Below, one piece after another: positions 1 through 10,254 of a stretch of 64,000 nt of DNA; within the stretch, counting starts at the first letter, position 1; each line of letters starts with the position of its first letter. This stretch comes from a virus, in the IMG/VR virus record IMGVR_UViG_3300012920_000028, positions 8,805 to 72,804 of that record. The stretch is one strand, 5' to 3'. The notes beneath the pieces were generated by a model that was given only the letters and a program-made list of their open reading frames with translations, had not been told where the DNA came from and made no database searches. The position numbers and the translations under genes are program-made.

Positions 1-91
1 GAACTCATCGGTATAAGCCTGACGAGCCTTCAGGAATCCTGCATCGAGGATTTTAAGACCACGACGTAAAACCGGAAGTCAGGGAAGCACC

Positions 92-553
92 ATGGAAACC
101 TTCACCTATTACCTGAGCATTGAAATCGAAGCCATGAACGAAGACTCCGCCGAGAACAAGTTGGAGGGTTTTCTCAAGGGTTTGGACCTGAAGAAAAATC
201 AGCACCTCACCCTTATGTCCCTCGAAGTCGGTGACGGAGAGGAGAACACCGAAGCCCCCGGAGACGACCAAGAGGAACCCGCGAAGAAATCCAAGAGCCG
301 ACCAACAATTTCTCTCCCAAAGGGGAAGGGTTCGGCCAAGTGGGAAGACGACTTCGATGACGCAGATTGGGACGAACTGGATGAAGAGCCCAAGCCAAAG
401 AAGGTCAAGGCGGAGTCCCTCGCTCTTGAAGACGACGATGAAGATTGGTGGGCTGACGACGAGGACGACGAGGACGACGACGACGACGACGGCCTACATC
501 AACCCGAAGACGACGAGGACGACGACATCGCCTCCATCATGAAGGGCTACTGA
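92..553 (+). CDS. Highly acidic protein with Asp/Glu-rich C-terminal half
   Basis: 153-aa ORF with long D/E tracts (DDEDDEDDDDDD). TTTTAAG box at about 51-57. Confidence 0.7.
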   Translation: METFTYYLSIEIEAMNEDSAENKLEGFLKGLDLKKNQHLTLMSLEVGDGEENTEAPGDDQEEPAKKSKSRPTISLPKGKGSAKWEDDFDDADWDELDEEPKPKKVKAESLALEDDDEDWWADDEDDEDDDDDDGLHQPEDDEDDDIASIMKGY

Positions 554-774
554 TGCGGCGCTCAATCCCTCTTCGAGTCATTGGCTACCTGATGTTGCTC
601 CAAGGAGTCCTTGAGTTCTATGTGGACGGTTCATCCCCCCGCTCCGTTCTCATTTTCGCCGTAGGCCTGTGGCTTCTTTCCCGGGCGTCGGTGCCCTTAA
701 CCGGCGAGGACCCTTCCCCGGTTCATGGACCGGCACTACCTGCAGGCGTCTCACCGCGTAATGGATGGAGATGA
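553..774 (+). CDS. Small putative membrane protein
   Basis: TGATG coupling to the upstream gene and two hydrophobic segments. The 3' end overlaps the next gene by 50 nt. Confidence 0.4.
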   Translation: MRRSIPLRVIGYLMLLQGVLEFYVDGSSPRSVLIFAVGLWLLSRASVPLTGEDPSPVHGPALPAGVSPRNGWR

Positions 775-961
775 AGTCGCTTCGCTTCTTGCCTCGCAAG
801 GCATCGAGATGAACCAGTTGCCTGCAATCTTCCTCGGCGACCCGGGTCTTCGAAACGAAGGAATCGTCGTCGCTGAAGGCGATGTTCTCGAAATCACTCG
901 CTACGCGACGGAAAAGTTCCCGGGCGGAACCCTTTATCGCCGTGTCGTCAAGGGTTGGTGA
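725..961 (+). CDS. rpo5: RNA polymerase subunit Rpo5 (RpoH / Rpb5 C-terminal domain)
   Basis: HYLQASHRVM...QLPAIFLGDP...EGDVLEITR...LYRRVV matches the Rpo5 pattern HxLvPkH...LPkI...DP...GDvikItR...YRxV. Length (78 aa) is typical. Confidence 0.88.
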   Translation: MDRHYLQASHRVMDGDEVASLLASQGIEMNQLPAIFLGDPGLRNEGIVVAEGDVLEITRYATEKFPGGTLYRRVVKGW

Positions 962-962
962 T

Positions 963-1406
963 GTGAAGTTGGAACTATGGACGGATGGCTCCTGCTTCAA
1001 GGACGACCCGACTGACTCCATCGGTCCCGCGGGCTCTGGAATCGTGTGCGTTGACGTCGATAGCGGCAAGATTCAGTTTCTCCTTGGAGAATACATCGGC
1101 ATTGAATCCAACAACTACGCGGAGTTCCGCGCAATCGAAATCGGGCTTGACGAAGTGTCTCGGCGCTATGAAGTGGACGAATCTTTCGACATTGAGGTCG
1201 TTTCGGATTCGAAAATGGCCGTGAACGTCCTTTCCGGCAACTGGAGCACGAACCTCCCTGAGTACCGAGAAATCACTGCCCGGATTCAGGAACTTGAGGA
1301 AGAACTTGGCGTCGTCATACAGTATTCGTGGGTCAAGGCACATGTAGGCGTTCACTTCAATGAACTGGCGGACTACCTCGCCTACAATTCGGCACGGGGG
1401 GACTGA
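963..1406 (+). CDS. rnhA: Ribonuclease HI
   Basis: WTDGSC, SNNYAEFRAI, VVSDSK and WVKAHVG..FNELADYLA give the catalytic D/E/D/H/D set. GTG start at 963 chosen. Confidence 0.92.
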   Translation: MKLELWTDGSCFKDDPTDSIGPAGSGIVCVDVDSGKIQFLLGEYIGIESNNYAEFRAIEIGLDEVSRRYEVDESFDIEVVSDSKMAVNVLSGNWSTNLPEYREITARIQELEEELGVVIQYSWVKAHVGVHFNELADYLAYNSARGD

Positions 1407-1407
1407 C

Positions 1408-4400
1408 GTGGTTATCGGAGAACCGGAAGAAGTCTTGGAGGAGGAAGACCTTTCCGTCACAGGCTTCTTTTGGTTTGTTCCCTACGATGAAATCCGGCAT
1501 ATGGAGCGTGGTGAGGTCACCTACGACTTCGACTTCCCCTCGCCGCGATTCGTCCCTTCAACGATGCAATCAGCACGCCGTTGGTTCACAACCTCTCCTG
1601 AAGCGGCAGGTCTCCGGACACGTGCCGACCACATGGTCGTGGTCAAGGTGTCGAACATCCCGTTCGACCCGGAGAGGTTCGATGAAGAGAAGGCGGAGGA
1701 TTGGCTTTCAGCAGACATCCGACATACGGGCGAAGAGACAGAACTGGCTGGCTACGTCGTCGAACCATTCCAAGCCACGCTCAAAGTCACGATGAAGAAC
1801 CTCTCATTCTTCAAAGAGACGAAGGAATGGGCGGCTGTTGAGGTGGGAATCCTTTCCCCGGAAGAAATCCGTAGCATGGCGAAGGTCAAGGTCACTGAAG
1901 AGCAAATCTACGCGAGCGACGAGATGTCCTCTCCTGTCGTTGGTGGCGTCGAAGACCTTCGAATGGGAACCTATGCAAAGGACACCCCTTGTGGAACGTG
2001 TGGCCTCACTTGGAACGAGGACTTCTTGAAATCGTGCCCCGGGCACTTCGGCTACATTTCTCTTGAGGTTCCGGTCCCGAATTGGTTCTATCTTGGTGGC
2101 TCGAAGAATCCTTCTCAGCAATCTCCGCTCCTTTACGCTCTCAACCACACTTGCATGCACTGCCAGCGAATCCTGCTGCCTGACTCCAAGGTTGAATTGT
2201 TGGAGCGATATGTGTTCAACGTGCGTAGCATGAACCTTCTGAATACGGCAGGTTATGACCTCGTTCGCGCCGAGGTTCGAACCTTGATGGACGAGCACCA
2301 CGGGGTCAAGAGCAGTGATTCCCGACCGAAGGAGTACGTCTGCCCCCACTGTGAGAAAGTCTCGCCGCAGGTGTCGTTCGCCCTCTCCGCTTTCAGTCGC
2401 TACAAGCACGTGTTCTACCCAACGAACCGTGAATACGACGACGAGAGCGATGATGTCGTCACCTACCCCTACGAGGACGTATTCCGCAGGCTCGAAGACA
2501 TCCCCGAAAGGGATTCGGCCGCACTCGGGTTCAGCGAGGGCTCGGTTCCTTCTCACATGTTCTTCACGGACTTGCCCGTTGCACCCGTGGTCACCCGTCC
2601 GCCTGCAACGACCCCTTCAGGTGCGTATGCTCCGAGTGACCTATCCGAGTTGTATGTGGCGGTCTTGCAGGTCAACAACAACATTCGTCGCCGTCGAACT
2701 GAACTCCGCGAGGACAAGGCGAAGAGGAATGCGATGTCACGTAGCCTGTTCAAAGCAGTGGCTCAGTTGATGACGGGTCAATCAAGTGGAATTGGCTCCG
2801 GAGGGATGAAAATAGGCATGGCCGCCAATGGGGCCATGACTCCTCGCAATCTTCGCGGGGTGTACGACCGCATCAAAGGTGTGGGCAAACAGAAGAACGA
2901 GATGAGGAGGAACGTGCAATCGAAAGTCGACGAGCACGTGGCTTATTCGGTAATCACCCCCGACCCCGCGCTTCAGATTGACGAAATCGGTGTTCCATAC
3001 CCTGTGTGCTTCGAATTGACGCGCCGCATCGAAGTCACCGAAGAGAACTATGACGAGATGCTCTCCTACGTGATGAACGGGGACCAAGAAGCGATTCCGA
3101 AGGGGAAGAAAACGAAGGACTTCGACTTAAGCCGCTACCCCGGTGCGAAGCGTGTGATTCGCGGCAACGGAACGGTGTCTTCACTACTGGAGCCAGCACG
3201 AGATTTCGGAGAGTCAGAACTCGATTTCGCCCTACGCCAAGCGAACTTCTTGGACCGGAAGTCAAACCTTCTGGTTGGGGACATCGTGGAGCGTCACCTT
3301 ATCCCCGGCGACGTTGTTCTCTTCACACGTGCACCTGCCCTTCACCGTCAGAACCTCATGGCTTTCCGTGTCGTCCCGGTCAAGACCCGGAGCCTTTCAT
3401 TCAACCCCTCAGTCTGCATTCCGTTCAATGCGGACTTTGACGGGGACGCCATGAGGATGTACGTTCTCCAGTCTGAGGAAGCAATCGAAGAGGCGCTCGA
3501 AACGATGCGCGTCGAGACACAGATGCTTCACTCTCGCTACGGCCGAACCTTCCTCACGTTCGACCAAGATGAAATCAGCGGCGGCTACCTCTTGACGTTC
3601 AAGAACGAGCCCGAAGCCGGGACACATCCGGAGAAACGGAGCGGATGGGGCTTTGACGACGACGGCTACCCGATTCTCAGTAAGGCACGTGTCCTGAACA
3701 TCCTTCAGGCCGCCTTCTCTCGTGACGAAGAAGGTTCACTCACCTACAGAACACGTTTCCCTCCGCCCATCACCAGCGGCCGATTCAAGGGGTGCTACCG
3801 TGGCCGTGACATCATCTCGATGTTCCTTCCACCGGGAATCAACGCACGCTATGAGAACCGAACCGGACAAGAAATCGTCATTCGGAATAGCGTCATTGGA
3901 CCGGGTGCCCTTGACGACAGGTTCTTCGGAACTAAGGCTGGTCTTCTTGCACCTGCTTTCATCTATCGCTACGGGTGGGAGGAAGGTCACCGCCTTCTTG
4001 CCGAGGTCACGAATGAAATGTCTCGTGTCGTCTTCTCAGCACACGTTGAGTACGGCTTCTCCCTCGGAATCGCTGACATCTCCTTCATTCGACCCGAGTC
4101 AAAGTCGGACAAGGAATACTTCGACTTGGCGGAGAAGGGCTTCAAGAATCAAGTGGACGAGAACGGACGGCCTATTCGGAGTCTGAGCCCTTACGTCTTC
4201 ATTGACGACGCTATGGATATGGTGGAGAGCATCATTCACGACATTGACCTGAAGTTCGAGGCGCGCAACATCGAGGCAATCAAGGACATCGACATTTCTT
4301 TCCTGAACTACGTGAACGAAAAGGGAGAGGAAAAGACCTTTGAGACGTTGAGCATCAACATGAAGGAGTTCGTTAAGGACCCAATTTTCGCGAAAGAAAA

Positions 4401-6186
4401 CGTAGTCCGTGCAATCACCAATGCGTTCAATGATTGGGTCATCGCCTTCATCAAAGCGAACCAAAAACCGACGGACGCTATGAACATCACATTGAACTCC
4501 GGTGGTCGCGGGAACCCGCTCCAACTCCGGCAGATGATTGGCTCGCTCGGGCAGCATCAATTGAACGGGCCGGGTCGTCCGAAGCACGGTTATAGCGCGA
4601 GGAAGGTCCTTTCCTGTTCACGGGACGACATGAACCCACGCGACCGTGGCTTCATCCGCACCTCCTACGCGAGAGGTCACGACCCCGATGGGTATTGGTT
4701 CGCCTCCACGGCCGGTATTCGTTCAACGATGGAATCTTCTCAGGGCGGAATCGCAAAGTCCGGCTACATGGAGCACAAGATGAAGCGGAACCTTGAGCAC
4801 CTCATGGTGGACGACAAGCGTCGGGTCATTGACCTTCGGTCAGGGACAATCGTTTCTCTTTCAGTCGGAGGAGACAATCTGCATGCGTTCCACCCACGCG
4901 GACCCGACAACAGCGACGGCCTCGATTTCGAAATCCAACCACTTCTCCTTGATTTTGAATGCAAACACGGGTTGAGCCTCTATGACTCGTGTGCCGAGTG
5001 CAGCAGCGGCACCCCTAACCTCCTCCCACGTGCCATCCTACCGGACAACATCAAGGCTCAAGTCGAAAAGGCAGTTGAGGGGAGAGAACTTGACGAAGAA
5101 TCGAAGAAGGGCTTCCGTGATTCGTTGCGTTCCTATTACAACACGTGTCTGATTCAAATTGGCGAAATGATTGGTTCCACAGGTGCGGCAAACCTCGGCG
5201 AACCGGCTACTCAGGCGGGACTTCGTGCGTTCCACGGTGGCGGTCAAGGAACGGTTCCGACCGTGGACAGGCTTGTGCAGGTGTTAGAACTCGTGAAAAA
5301 GAAGCAAGAGCAACCGCAAACGACGCTTCTCCTCAAAGATGACTACAACACCCGAGAGAACGCCGAGCGGCTTGCTTCTTTCTGCACGACCGTGAACTTC
5401 GAAGAGGTCATGGAGAAGGTCGAATACAACCCCGAGGAGTTCGAAATCGAAATCACCCTGAACATCGAAAGGCTGGAACTCTTCGAAATTGATGACGAAT
5501 GGGCGCGTCATACGCTCAAGAAGGTGTTCGAATCCGACGGCACTCGGAAGGTGACCTTCTTTGAAAGCCCAATCGCGAAGGTCCGATGCCGAGAAGACGC
5601 ACGTGACCTCCTCATCGCCCGACATATGCTCGGGAACATCCCGCTTTCGGGAATCAATGACTCCCAACTTGCCTTCGTTTATGACGACGGAGAGGGGCAA
5701 TACGGAGTGAGCATTCGTGGACCAATCAAAGGCAGCGATGCGGTGAATATCCCGAAGTTCTGGCAAGACATCGTGGACTTCATGAGTGAATACGTGGACC
5801 TCTCCAAGACCAAGTTCACCGACTCATGGATGGTTTACAACATTTACGGACTCGAAGCATCCCTCAACCATCTGTGCGAATCCATTTACGAGCAAATGAA
5901 CGGAATGGAAGGTGAGAAGGGGATTGGGGAACTGGATTATCGCTACATCCGGGTCATGGCTGACTACATGGGGATTTACGGCGAACCTATCGGACTCAAG
6001 AAATCCGGACATATGGTGAAGTTCAACAAGAGCCTTCTCGCTGCCCTCGGTGGTGAAGACCCGATGCTCGCCCTGCACGGTGCAACGGTCATGGGGAACT
6101 ATGATACGCTCAAGGGTCCGGTTGAGGCTATCGCCGCAGGCAAGCAACTCAACATTGGGGCACACTACCGTCGAAAGACGACATGA
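1408..6186 (+). CDS. rpo1: DNA-directed RNA polymerase largest subunit (Rpo1 A' and A'' in one chain, Rpb1/beta'-like) with N-terminal extension
   Basis: Clamp Zn motifs CGTCG...CPGHFG, CMHC, CPHC. Also VITPDP, RAPALHR, catalytic FNADFDGDAM, bridge helix KSGYMEHKM and trigger loop GEPATQAGLRAFH. GTG start at 1408 chosen. Confidence 0.95.
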   Translation: MVIGEPEEVLEEEDLSVTGFFWFVPYDEIRHMERGEVTYDFDFPSPRFVPSTMQSARRWFTTSPEAAGLRTRADHMVVVKVSNIPFDPERFDEEKAEDWLSADIRHTGEETELAGYVVEPFQATLKVTMKNLSFFKETKEWAAVEVGILSPEEIRSMAKVKVTEEQIYASDEMSSPVVGGVEDLRMGTYAKDTPCGTCGLTWNEDFLKSCPGHFGYISLEVPVPNWFYLGGSKNPSQQSPLLYALNHTCMHCQRILLPDSKVELLERYVFNVRSMNLLNTAGYDLVRAEVRTLMDEHHGVKSSDSRPKEYVCPHCEKVSPQVSFALSAFSRYKHVFYPTNREYDDESDDVVTYPYEDVFRRLEDIPERDSAALGFSEGSVPSHMFFTDLPVAPVVTRPPATTPSGAYAPSDLSELYVAVLQVNNNIRRRRTELREDKAKRNAMSRSLFKAVAQLMTGQSSGIGSGGMKIGMAANGAMTPRNLRGVYDRIKGVGKQKNEMRRNVQSKVDEHVAYSVITPDPALQIDEIGVPYPVCFELTRRIEVTEENYDEMLSYVMNGDQEAIPKGKKTKDFDLSRYPGAKRVIRGNGTVSSLLEPARDFGESELDFALRQANFLDRKSNLLVGDIVERHLIPGDVVLFTRAPALHRQNLMAFRVVPVKTRSLSFNPSVCIPFNADFDGDAMRMYVLQSEEAIEEALETMRVETQMLHSRYGRTFLTFDQDEISGGYLLTFKNEPEAGTHPEKRSGWGFDDDGYPILSKARVLNILQAAFSRDEEGSLTYRTRFPPPITSGRFKGCYRGRDIISMFLPPGINARYENRTGQEIVIRNSVIGPGALDDRFFGTKAGLLAPAFIYRYGWEEGHRLLAEVTNEMSRVVFSAHVEYGFSLGIADISFIRPESKSDKEYFDLAEKGFKNQVDENGRPIRSLSPYVFIDDAMDMVESIIHDIDLKFEARNIEAIKDIDISFLNYVNEKGEEKTFETLSINMKEFVKDPIFAKENVVRAITNAFNDWVIAFIKANQKPTDAMNITLNSGGRGNPLQLRQMIGSLGQHQLNGPGRPKHGYSARKVLSCSRDDMNPRDRGFIRTSYARGHDPDGYWFASTAGIRSTMESSQGGIAKSGYMEHKMKRNLEHLMVDDKRRVIDLRSGTIVSLSVGGDNLHAFHPRGPDNSDGLDFEIQPLLLDFECKHGLSLYDSCAECSSGTPNLLPRAILPDNIKAQVEKAVEGRELDEESKKGFRDSLRSYYNTCLIQIGEMIGSTGAANLGEPATQAGLRAFHGGGQGTVPTVDRLVQVLELVKKKQEQPQTTLLLKDDYNTRENAERLASFCTTVNFEEVMEKVEYNPEEFEIEITLNIERLELFEIDDEWARHTLKKVFESDGTRKVTFFESPIAKVRCREDARDLLIARHMLGNIPLSGINDSQLAFVYDDGEGQYGVSIRGPIKGSDAVNIPKFWQDIVDFMSEYVDLSKTKFTDSWMVYNIYGLEASLNHLCESIYEQMNGMEGEKGIGELDYRYIRVMADYMGIYGEPIGLKKSGHMVKFNKSLLAALGGEDPMLALHGATVMGNYDTLKGPVEAIAAGKQLNIGAHYRRKTT

Positions 6187-8875
6187 GGTAGTGTCGGAAA
6201 CCGGGAGTCAGGAGACGCTGGTCCCACCCGAGAGCATCATAGATGCCCTTTAGCGTCCCGTGAATGTGCGTCTTCGCGAGGGACTCCCAATCAATCGTGT
6301 ACTCCGCAAGTTCCTCTTCACGGCGGAATGCGATACGCCCGTTGCCCGGGATGACCGTCGGCCCGTCCTTGACGATGACCCACTTCACCTTGTCTCGCTT
6401 CGCGTATTCGTCCTCTTCGCTCTTCGCGAGGTACATGTTGTACCATAGCGCCCCCGACGAAAGCCAATAGTGCCCGTAGCACTTGTCGTCTTCGTTGAGG
6501 GTGTCTTGCTTCGGGCACGCGCCACAGTCGCAGACAATAGGCATTCCCCGCCAATCAACATGGTGCGGTAGGTGCTTCCTGAGCGTTTGTGCGGCGGTCA
6601 GTTCCTCAAGGTCAACCTCGCCGTCAAGGACGGCTTTCAGTCGCTTCTTGACCTTCTTCTGCACGACCTTTTCGGGGACCTTGTCGAAGAGGTCCATGAG
6701 AAGTCCGAGTTGTATGTCCGTTCCGAGAGAGGAAGTCGTCGTTCGCTTGGCCTGCATCCCTGACATCTTGAGACGAGCCCACGGTTCTTCTCGCATGTCG
6801 ATGTCGGCGACCTTGAATCCCTTCTTGTCGTCCCACACTTTCCGACCGGCATACATGCCCTTCACGTTGGCGAGGTAAAACCGGTCCATGATGACCTCAA
6901 GGTCAAGCGACATGGCGGTGGAATTGGTCCTCCCCTGCATTTCCTTTGTGATGTCCTTTCCGAGAGCCACCGCTTCGTCATGGACACGCTCGGCTTCCCA
7001 TTCGGAAGGGAAGACCACGAAGATTGAGTCCGTGTGTCCGTAAATGACGCGGAAACCGGCCTTCTCAGCCAACGCCTTCGCCGTGAGAAGGGCTTCACGC
7101 CCCCCAGCGGTGATTGAGGCAGCGACATCGCGGTCGAACCACGCGAACTTGTCGAAGGCCATGATACCGTACATGGACGCGCGCAGCCTCTTCACGCCGA
7201 GTTGCATAGCGTTCCACTTCGTAGCCGCCTCCTTGTCGTTCTTCGCTTCTGCTTCCTTGAGCAATGCCTTGTACTCGTCACGTTGTGTGTTCAAGCGGCG
7301 AACGATGGTAGGCAGGACACCTGTCGTGTCGGTTCGGAAGCGAACGCCACCATGCCCGACGCTATCGGTGGACAGGTGTTCCTGTCCTTCCCTGACTTTC
7401 GTTTCGGGACTGATGTTCTTTGCTTCCATGACGCTTGGGTATAGGCCCGCGTAATCGAGCATCCCGACGTTATCGTGCATACCAGCCGCATTGGTGTAGA
7501 CGTTGTCGTCTTCGGGGTCGCGTTCTTCGGGCTCCTCACCGGGGTGGAGGATGATTGCACCTTGAAGGTCGTCTTCAGCGTCACTCTCCTCACTGTAGGG
7601 GCGATACTTGGGGCGCCACCATGCTTCGCGATAGAACATGACGTTTCCGACACGGGATGCCTTCATGGTCGAGGGAAGTTGGCTACCGATGAGCGTCTGT
7701 TGAACCTTGTAGCCCTTGACGATGTTCCACTTCTCATCGAGCATGACGAGCAGTTCAACGTCGCGGATGTTGTAGCGGAGGAATTCGTCCCACGTGGCAT
7801 CGTAGTCCTTGTCGTACCATCCCGGGCTTGGGTTCTTCCCTTCCTTGAAATTGTCCCACGCTACCGCCTGAAGGCTCAATCCACCGGGCGGGTCTTGGTT
7901 CGTGGAGTCCTTGTACACGCGCTCATAGCACAACATGAGGTCGAGGGTATCAACACCCCGAATGGGGGCGTCAGTCACCTTGTAGCGGTGCCTGTTGCGA
8001 GGGTCCGGGTCAATCATGATTCCATAGGGTGAGAGGGAACCAGCGCCATAAACAGGCCTCGGGAACAGACCGTTCTCGCACTCCCCCGCCATGTCGTTCA
8101 TCAAATGGGGAATCCCGAGGCTTTCCATGCGATGATAAAGCGTCGGAAGGTCATACCCGGCACTGTTCCAGCCGGTCATGACGTCGAAGTCCATGGCGAA
8201 GAACCAATCACCGAATGCCTTCAGCATGTCGTACTCCGTGGTGAAGCGGTGTTCCGTACCCCATTCATGTCTGATGGAAGCCCTCGTCCAATTCGGGTGA
8301 CATCCAAAGGCGGTGTATTCCTTCGTGAAATTGGAGTACGCCGCGATGGAGTTGACCATCTGTGTGTCGTACCAAAGTCCCTCGTGAGTCACGCTCTTCA
8401 GCCACTTCATGCGCTCGGGGTCCGTGTCGCGGAACTGCAAGGCTTCGATGTCGAAATAGCAGACGTGATAGTCGAAGTCTTCGACCTCGATGTCGTTATG
8501 AATGAGGACGGCGTCTTCTTGAGGGAGAGAACCGCCCCACGTTGGCCCATAGTTGCGAAGGAAGAAGGACATGGCTCCACGAGTCACGCACTCGACCTTG
8601 TACAGGGGTTGCTTTTCGATGGACAACCCTTCGGGGGCCACGGAATGAACAAGGTCACTATCGAGGAGGAAGTCAATGGCTTCGCTCGCGTAGTCGAAGT
8701 CAGGCACATTCTTGCCCGGAAGAGCACGGAATGAAGAGGGCTGGATGTAAAACGTGGGGTATTCGTCATAGAAGTCCACAACGCGCACACCGTCCTTACG
8801 GTAGCGAACTGCTACGCGAGAACCGTCTTCCATTCGCCACTTCCCTTGTACCTGCTCGCACACGCTGATGTTCAT
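6149..8875 (-). CDS. polB: Family B DNA polymerase with 3'-5' exonuclease
   Basis: Exo motifs FDIE, GWNSAGYD, YNIRD. Polymerase motifs DYAGLYPS, KRLRASMYG, YGHTDS. ATG at 8875 overlaps the upstream stop. Confidence 0.95.
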   Translation of the reverse strand: MNISVCEQVQGKWRMEDGSRVAVRYRKDGVRVVDFYDEYPTFYIQPSSFRALPGKNVPDFDYASEAIDFLLDSDLVHSVAPEGLSIEKQPLYKVECVTRGAMSFFLRNYGPTWGGSLPQEDAVLIHNDIEVEDFDYHVCYFDIEALQFRDTDPERMKWLKSVTHEGLWYDTQMVNSIAAYSNFTKEYTAFGCHPNWTRASIRHEWGTEHRFTTEYDMLKAFGDWFFAMDFDVMTGWNSAGYDLPTLYHRMESLGIPHLMNDMAGECENGLFPRPVYGAGSLSPYGIMIDPDPRNRHRYKVTDAPIRGVDTLDLMLCYERVYKDSTNQDPPGGLSLQAVAWDNFKEGKNPSPGWYDKDYDATWDEFLRYNIRDVELLVMLDEKWNIVKGYKVQQTLIGSQLPSTMKASRVGNVMFYREAWWRPKYRPYSEESDAEDDLQGAIILHPGEEPEERDPEDDNVYTNAAGMHDNVGMLDYAGLYPSVMEAKNISPETKVREGQEHLSTDSVGHGGVRFRTDTTGVLPTIVRRLNTQRDEYKALLKEAEAKNDKEAATKWNAMQLGVKRLRASMYGIMAFDKFAWFDRDVAASITAGGREALLTAKALAEKAGFRVIYGHTDSIFVVFPSEWEAERVHDEAVALGKDITKEMQGRTNSTAMSLDLEVIMDRFYLANVKGMYAGRKVWDDKKGFKVADIDMREEPWARLKMSGMQAKRTTTSSLGTDIQLGLLMDLFDKVPEKVVQKKVKKRLKAVLDGEVDLEELTAAQTLRKHLPHHVDWRGMPIVCDCGACPKQDTLNEDDKCYGHYWLSSGALWYNMYLAKSEEDEYAKRDKVKWVIVKDGPTVIPGNGRIAFRREEELAEYTIDWESLAKTHIHGTLKGIYDALGWDQRLLTPGFRHYLMSSFDGSVPQC

Positions 8876-9837
8876 AGTACCAACCTCTCTTCCAGCCGGA
8901 CCACGGACCCATTCGCCCGATAGTCGATAACACGGTGATATTGGAGCCACAAGAGCGGTGTGTTGTGGTTCTCAAGGTAAATACGACGAGCCTTCCCATA
9001 TGCGCCCCATTCTTCGACCGACATGCGGTGCTTTTCCGCAAGGAAAGACCGGATTTCTAACGGCGGGATGGTTTCACCAACCGGATAGCGGGAGATGAAG
9101 ACCCATAGTGTCCGGCAAGCCTTGAGGTTCACTACGGAGGTGCTTTCGGACCGTTCTGCGCTATCAAGGGACTTTCTCCACACCGTCAAACGGACTTCCC
9201 CGTCCATCTCAGTGACGTGAAGGTAGCGTTCCTTCTTCTCGCCCCTATGGACAAGACGCGCTCGGTCAAACGGCGTTTCCTCACGCACCTCCGGCTCCGG
9301 TTCGGGGAGCACGACAGGTGTCGGCTTTGGTTCCGCTTTTGGTTTCGGCGCATTGCCGAAAGAGGACAAGACGGATTGTCCGGGCGCGATTTCAGGAACC
9401 TTCTCTTTGGGCGGAGCCAATTCCTTGAGCGCGTCGAGAATGTCCTTCCGCTTGCACTTCCTTACGCACCCGAAGCCACCATCCTCTTTCACTTGTAGGT
9501 GATTCTTTCCGTTTCCGTCAGCCCCTTGCTTCGCACAAGAGGGACATTGCGCGGAATACCAGCCATTCCCTGACTTCCGGAGATTGACGAGGCTCTCCCT
9601 TGCTTCCCATACAGGGTTCCCACCGTCCGCCATGAGGAAAGGGAGAGGTTCACCGGAGTTGTGGGCGTGAAGGAGGACTTCGAGCCTCCCCATTTCCTTC
9701 TCGGTCTCGAACAACACGTGTCCATCTTCGATGCGCTGGTGCCTGAGCGCGTAGTCGGAGCGAACCTTCGAACCAATCAGTTCGAGGTACAGTGAAACGG
9801 GGACTCTCATGGAACCGGAAAGCGAATCATCCGGCAC
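8872..9837 (-). CDS. Protein with primase-type Zn-binding domain, Pro-rich linker and possible C-terminal winged helix
   Basis: AQCPSC...NHLQV...FGCVRKC pattern. Translationally coupled to polB. Confidence 0.55.
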   Translation of the reverse strand: MPDDSLSGSMRVPVSLYLELIGSKVRSDYALRHQRIEDGHVLFETEKEMGRLEVLLHAHNSGEPLPFLMADGGNPVWEARESLVNLRKSGNGWYSAQCPSCAKQGADGNGKNHLQVKEDGGFGCVRKCKRKDILDALKELAPPKEKVPEIAPGQSVLSSFGNAPKPKAEPKPTPVVLPEPEPEVREETPFDRARLVHRGEKKERYLHVTEMDGEVRLTVWRKSLDSAERSESTSVVNLKACRTLWVFISRYPVGETIPPLEIRSFLAEKHRMSVEEWGAYGKARRIYLENHNTPLLWLQYHRVIDYRANGSVVRLEERLVL

Positions 9838-10254
9838 TTAAGGGTTGACGTCCTCTTCCTCAGATGGGGTTTCCTCTTTCCTCTTCGGAACAGCCTCGAC
9901 GAACGCCTTGACCGCCGCACCAACCGTGGCATCAATGGCGGTTGCTGCAGAGCCAGCAACGTATTTCGCTGGGTTCACCTTCTCGTCGGCATCTTCGTCC
10001 CGAAGGGCATGCGGGACACCTTGGTTGGTGAGATGGTGCAGCATGAGCCAAGCCTGAGCGTCGGTCATCTCATGGCCTTCGTTCTCGCGAACCCAATGCT
10101 TCACGGTCTTCAAAATGTACTTGTAGCCTTGCTCCGCGAGTTTCGCGTTCACGGTCTGAACCCAAGATTCCTGAATCACGACCACTTGCTTGAATGCTTT
10201 AGCCAAAGCGCCGACTTCTTTTCCGTCATAGTTGTAGCGAACCTCAGTTCCCAT
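9838..10254 (-). CDS. Hypothetical protein
   Basis: Operon-packed ORF. ATG at 10254 chosen. Confidence 0.6.
   Translation of the reverse strand: MGTEVRYNYDGKEVGALAKAFKQVVVIQESWVQTVNAKLAEQGYKYILKTVKHWVRENEGHEMTDAQAWLMLHHLTNQGVPHALRDEDADEKVNPAKYVAGSAATAIDATVGAAVKAFVEAVPKRKEETPSEEEDVNP

Noticed and set aside
1408-8875. Inteins in Rpo1 or PolB
   Set aside because: Insertions exist, but no C/S...HN-C/S/T splice junctions or LAGLIDADG blocks were seen.
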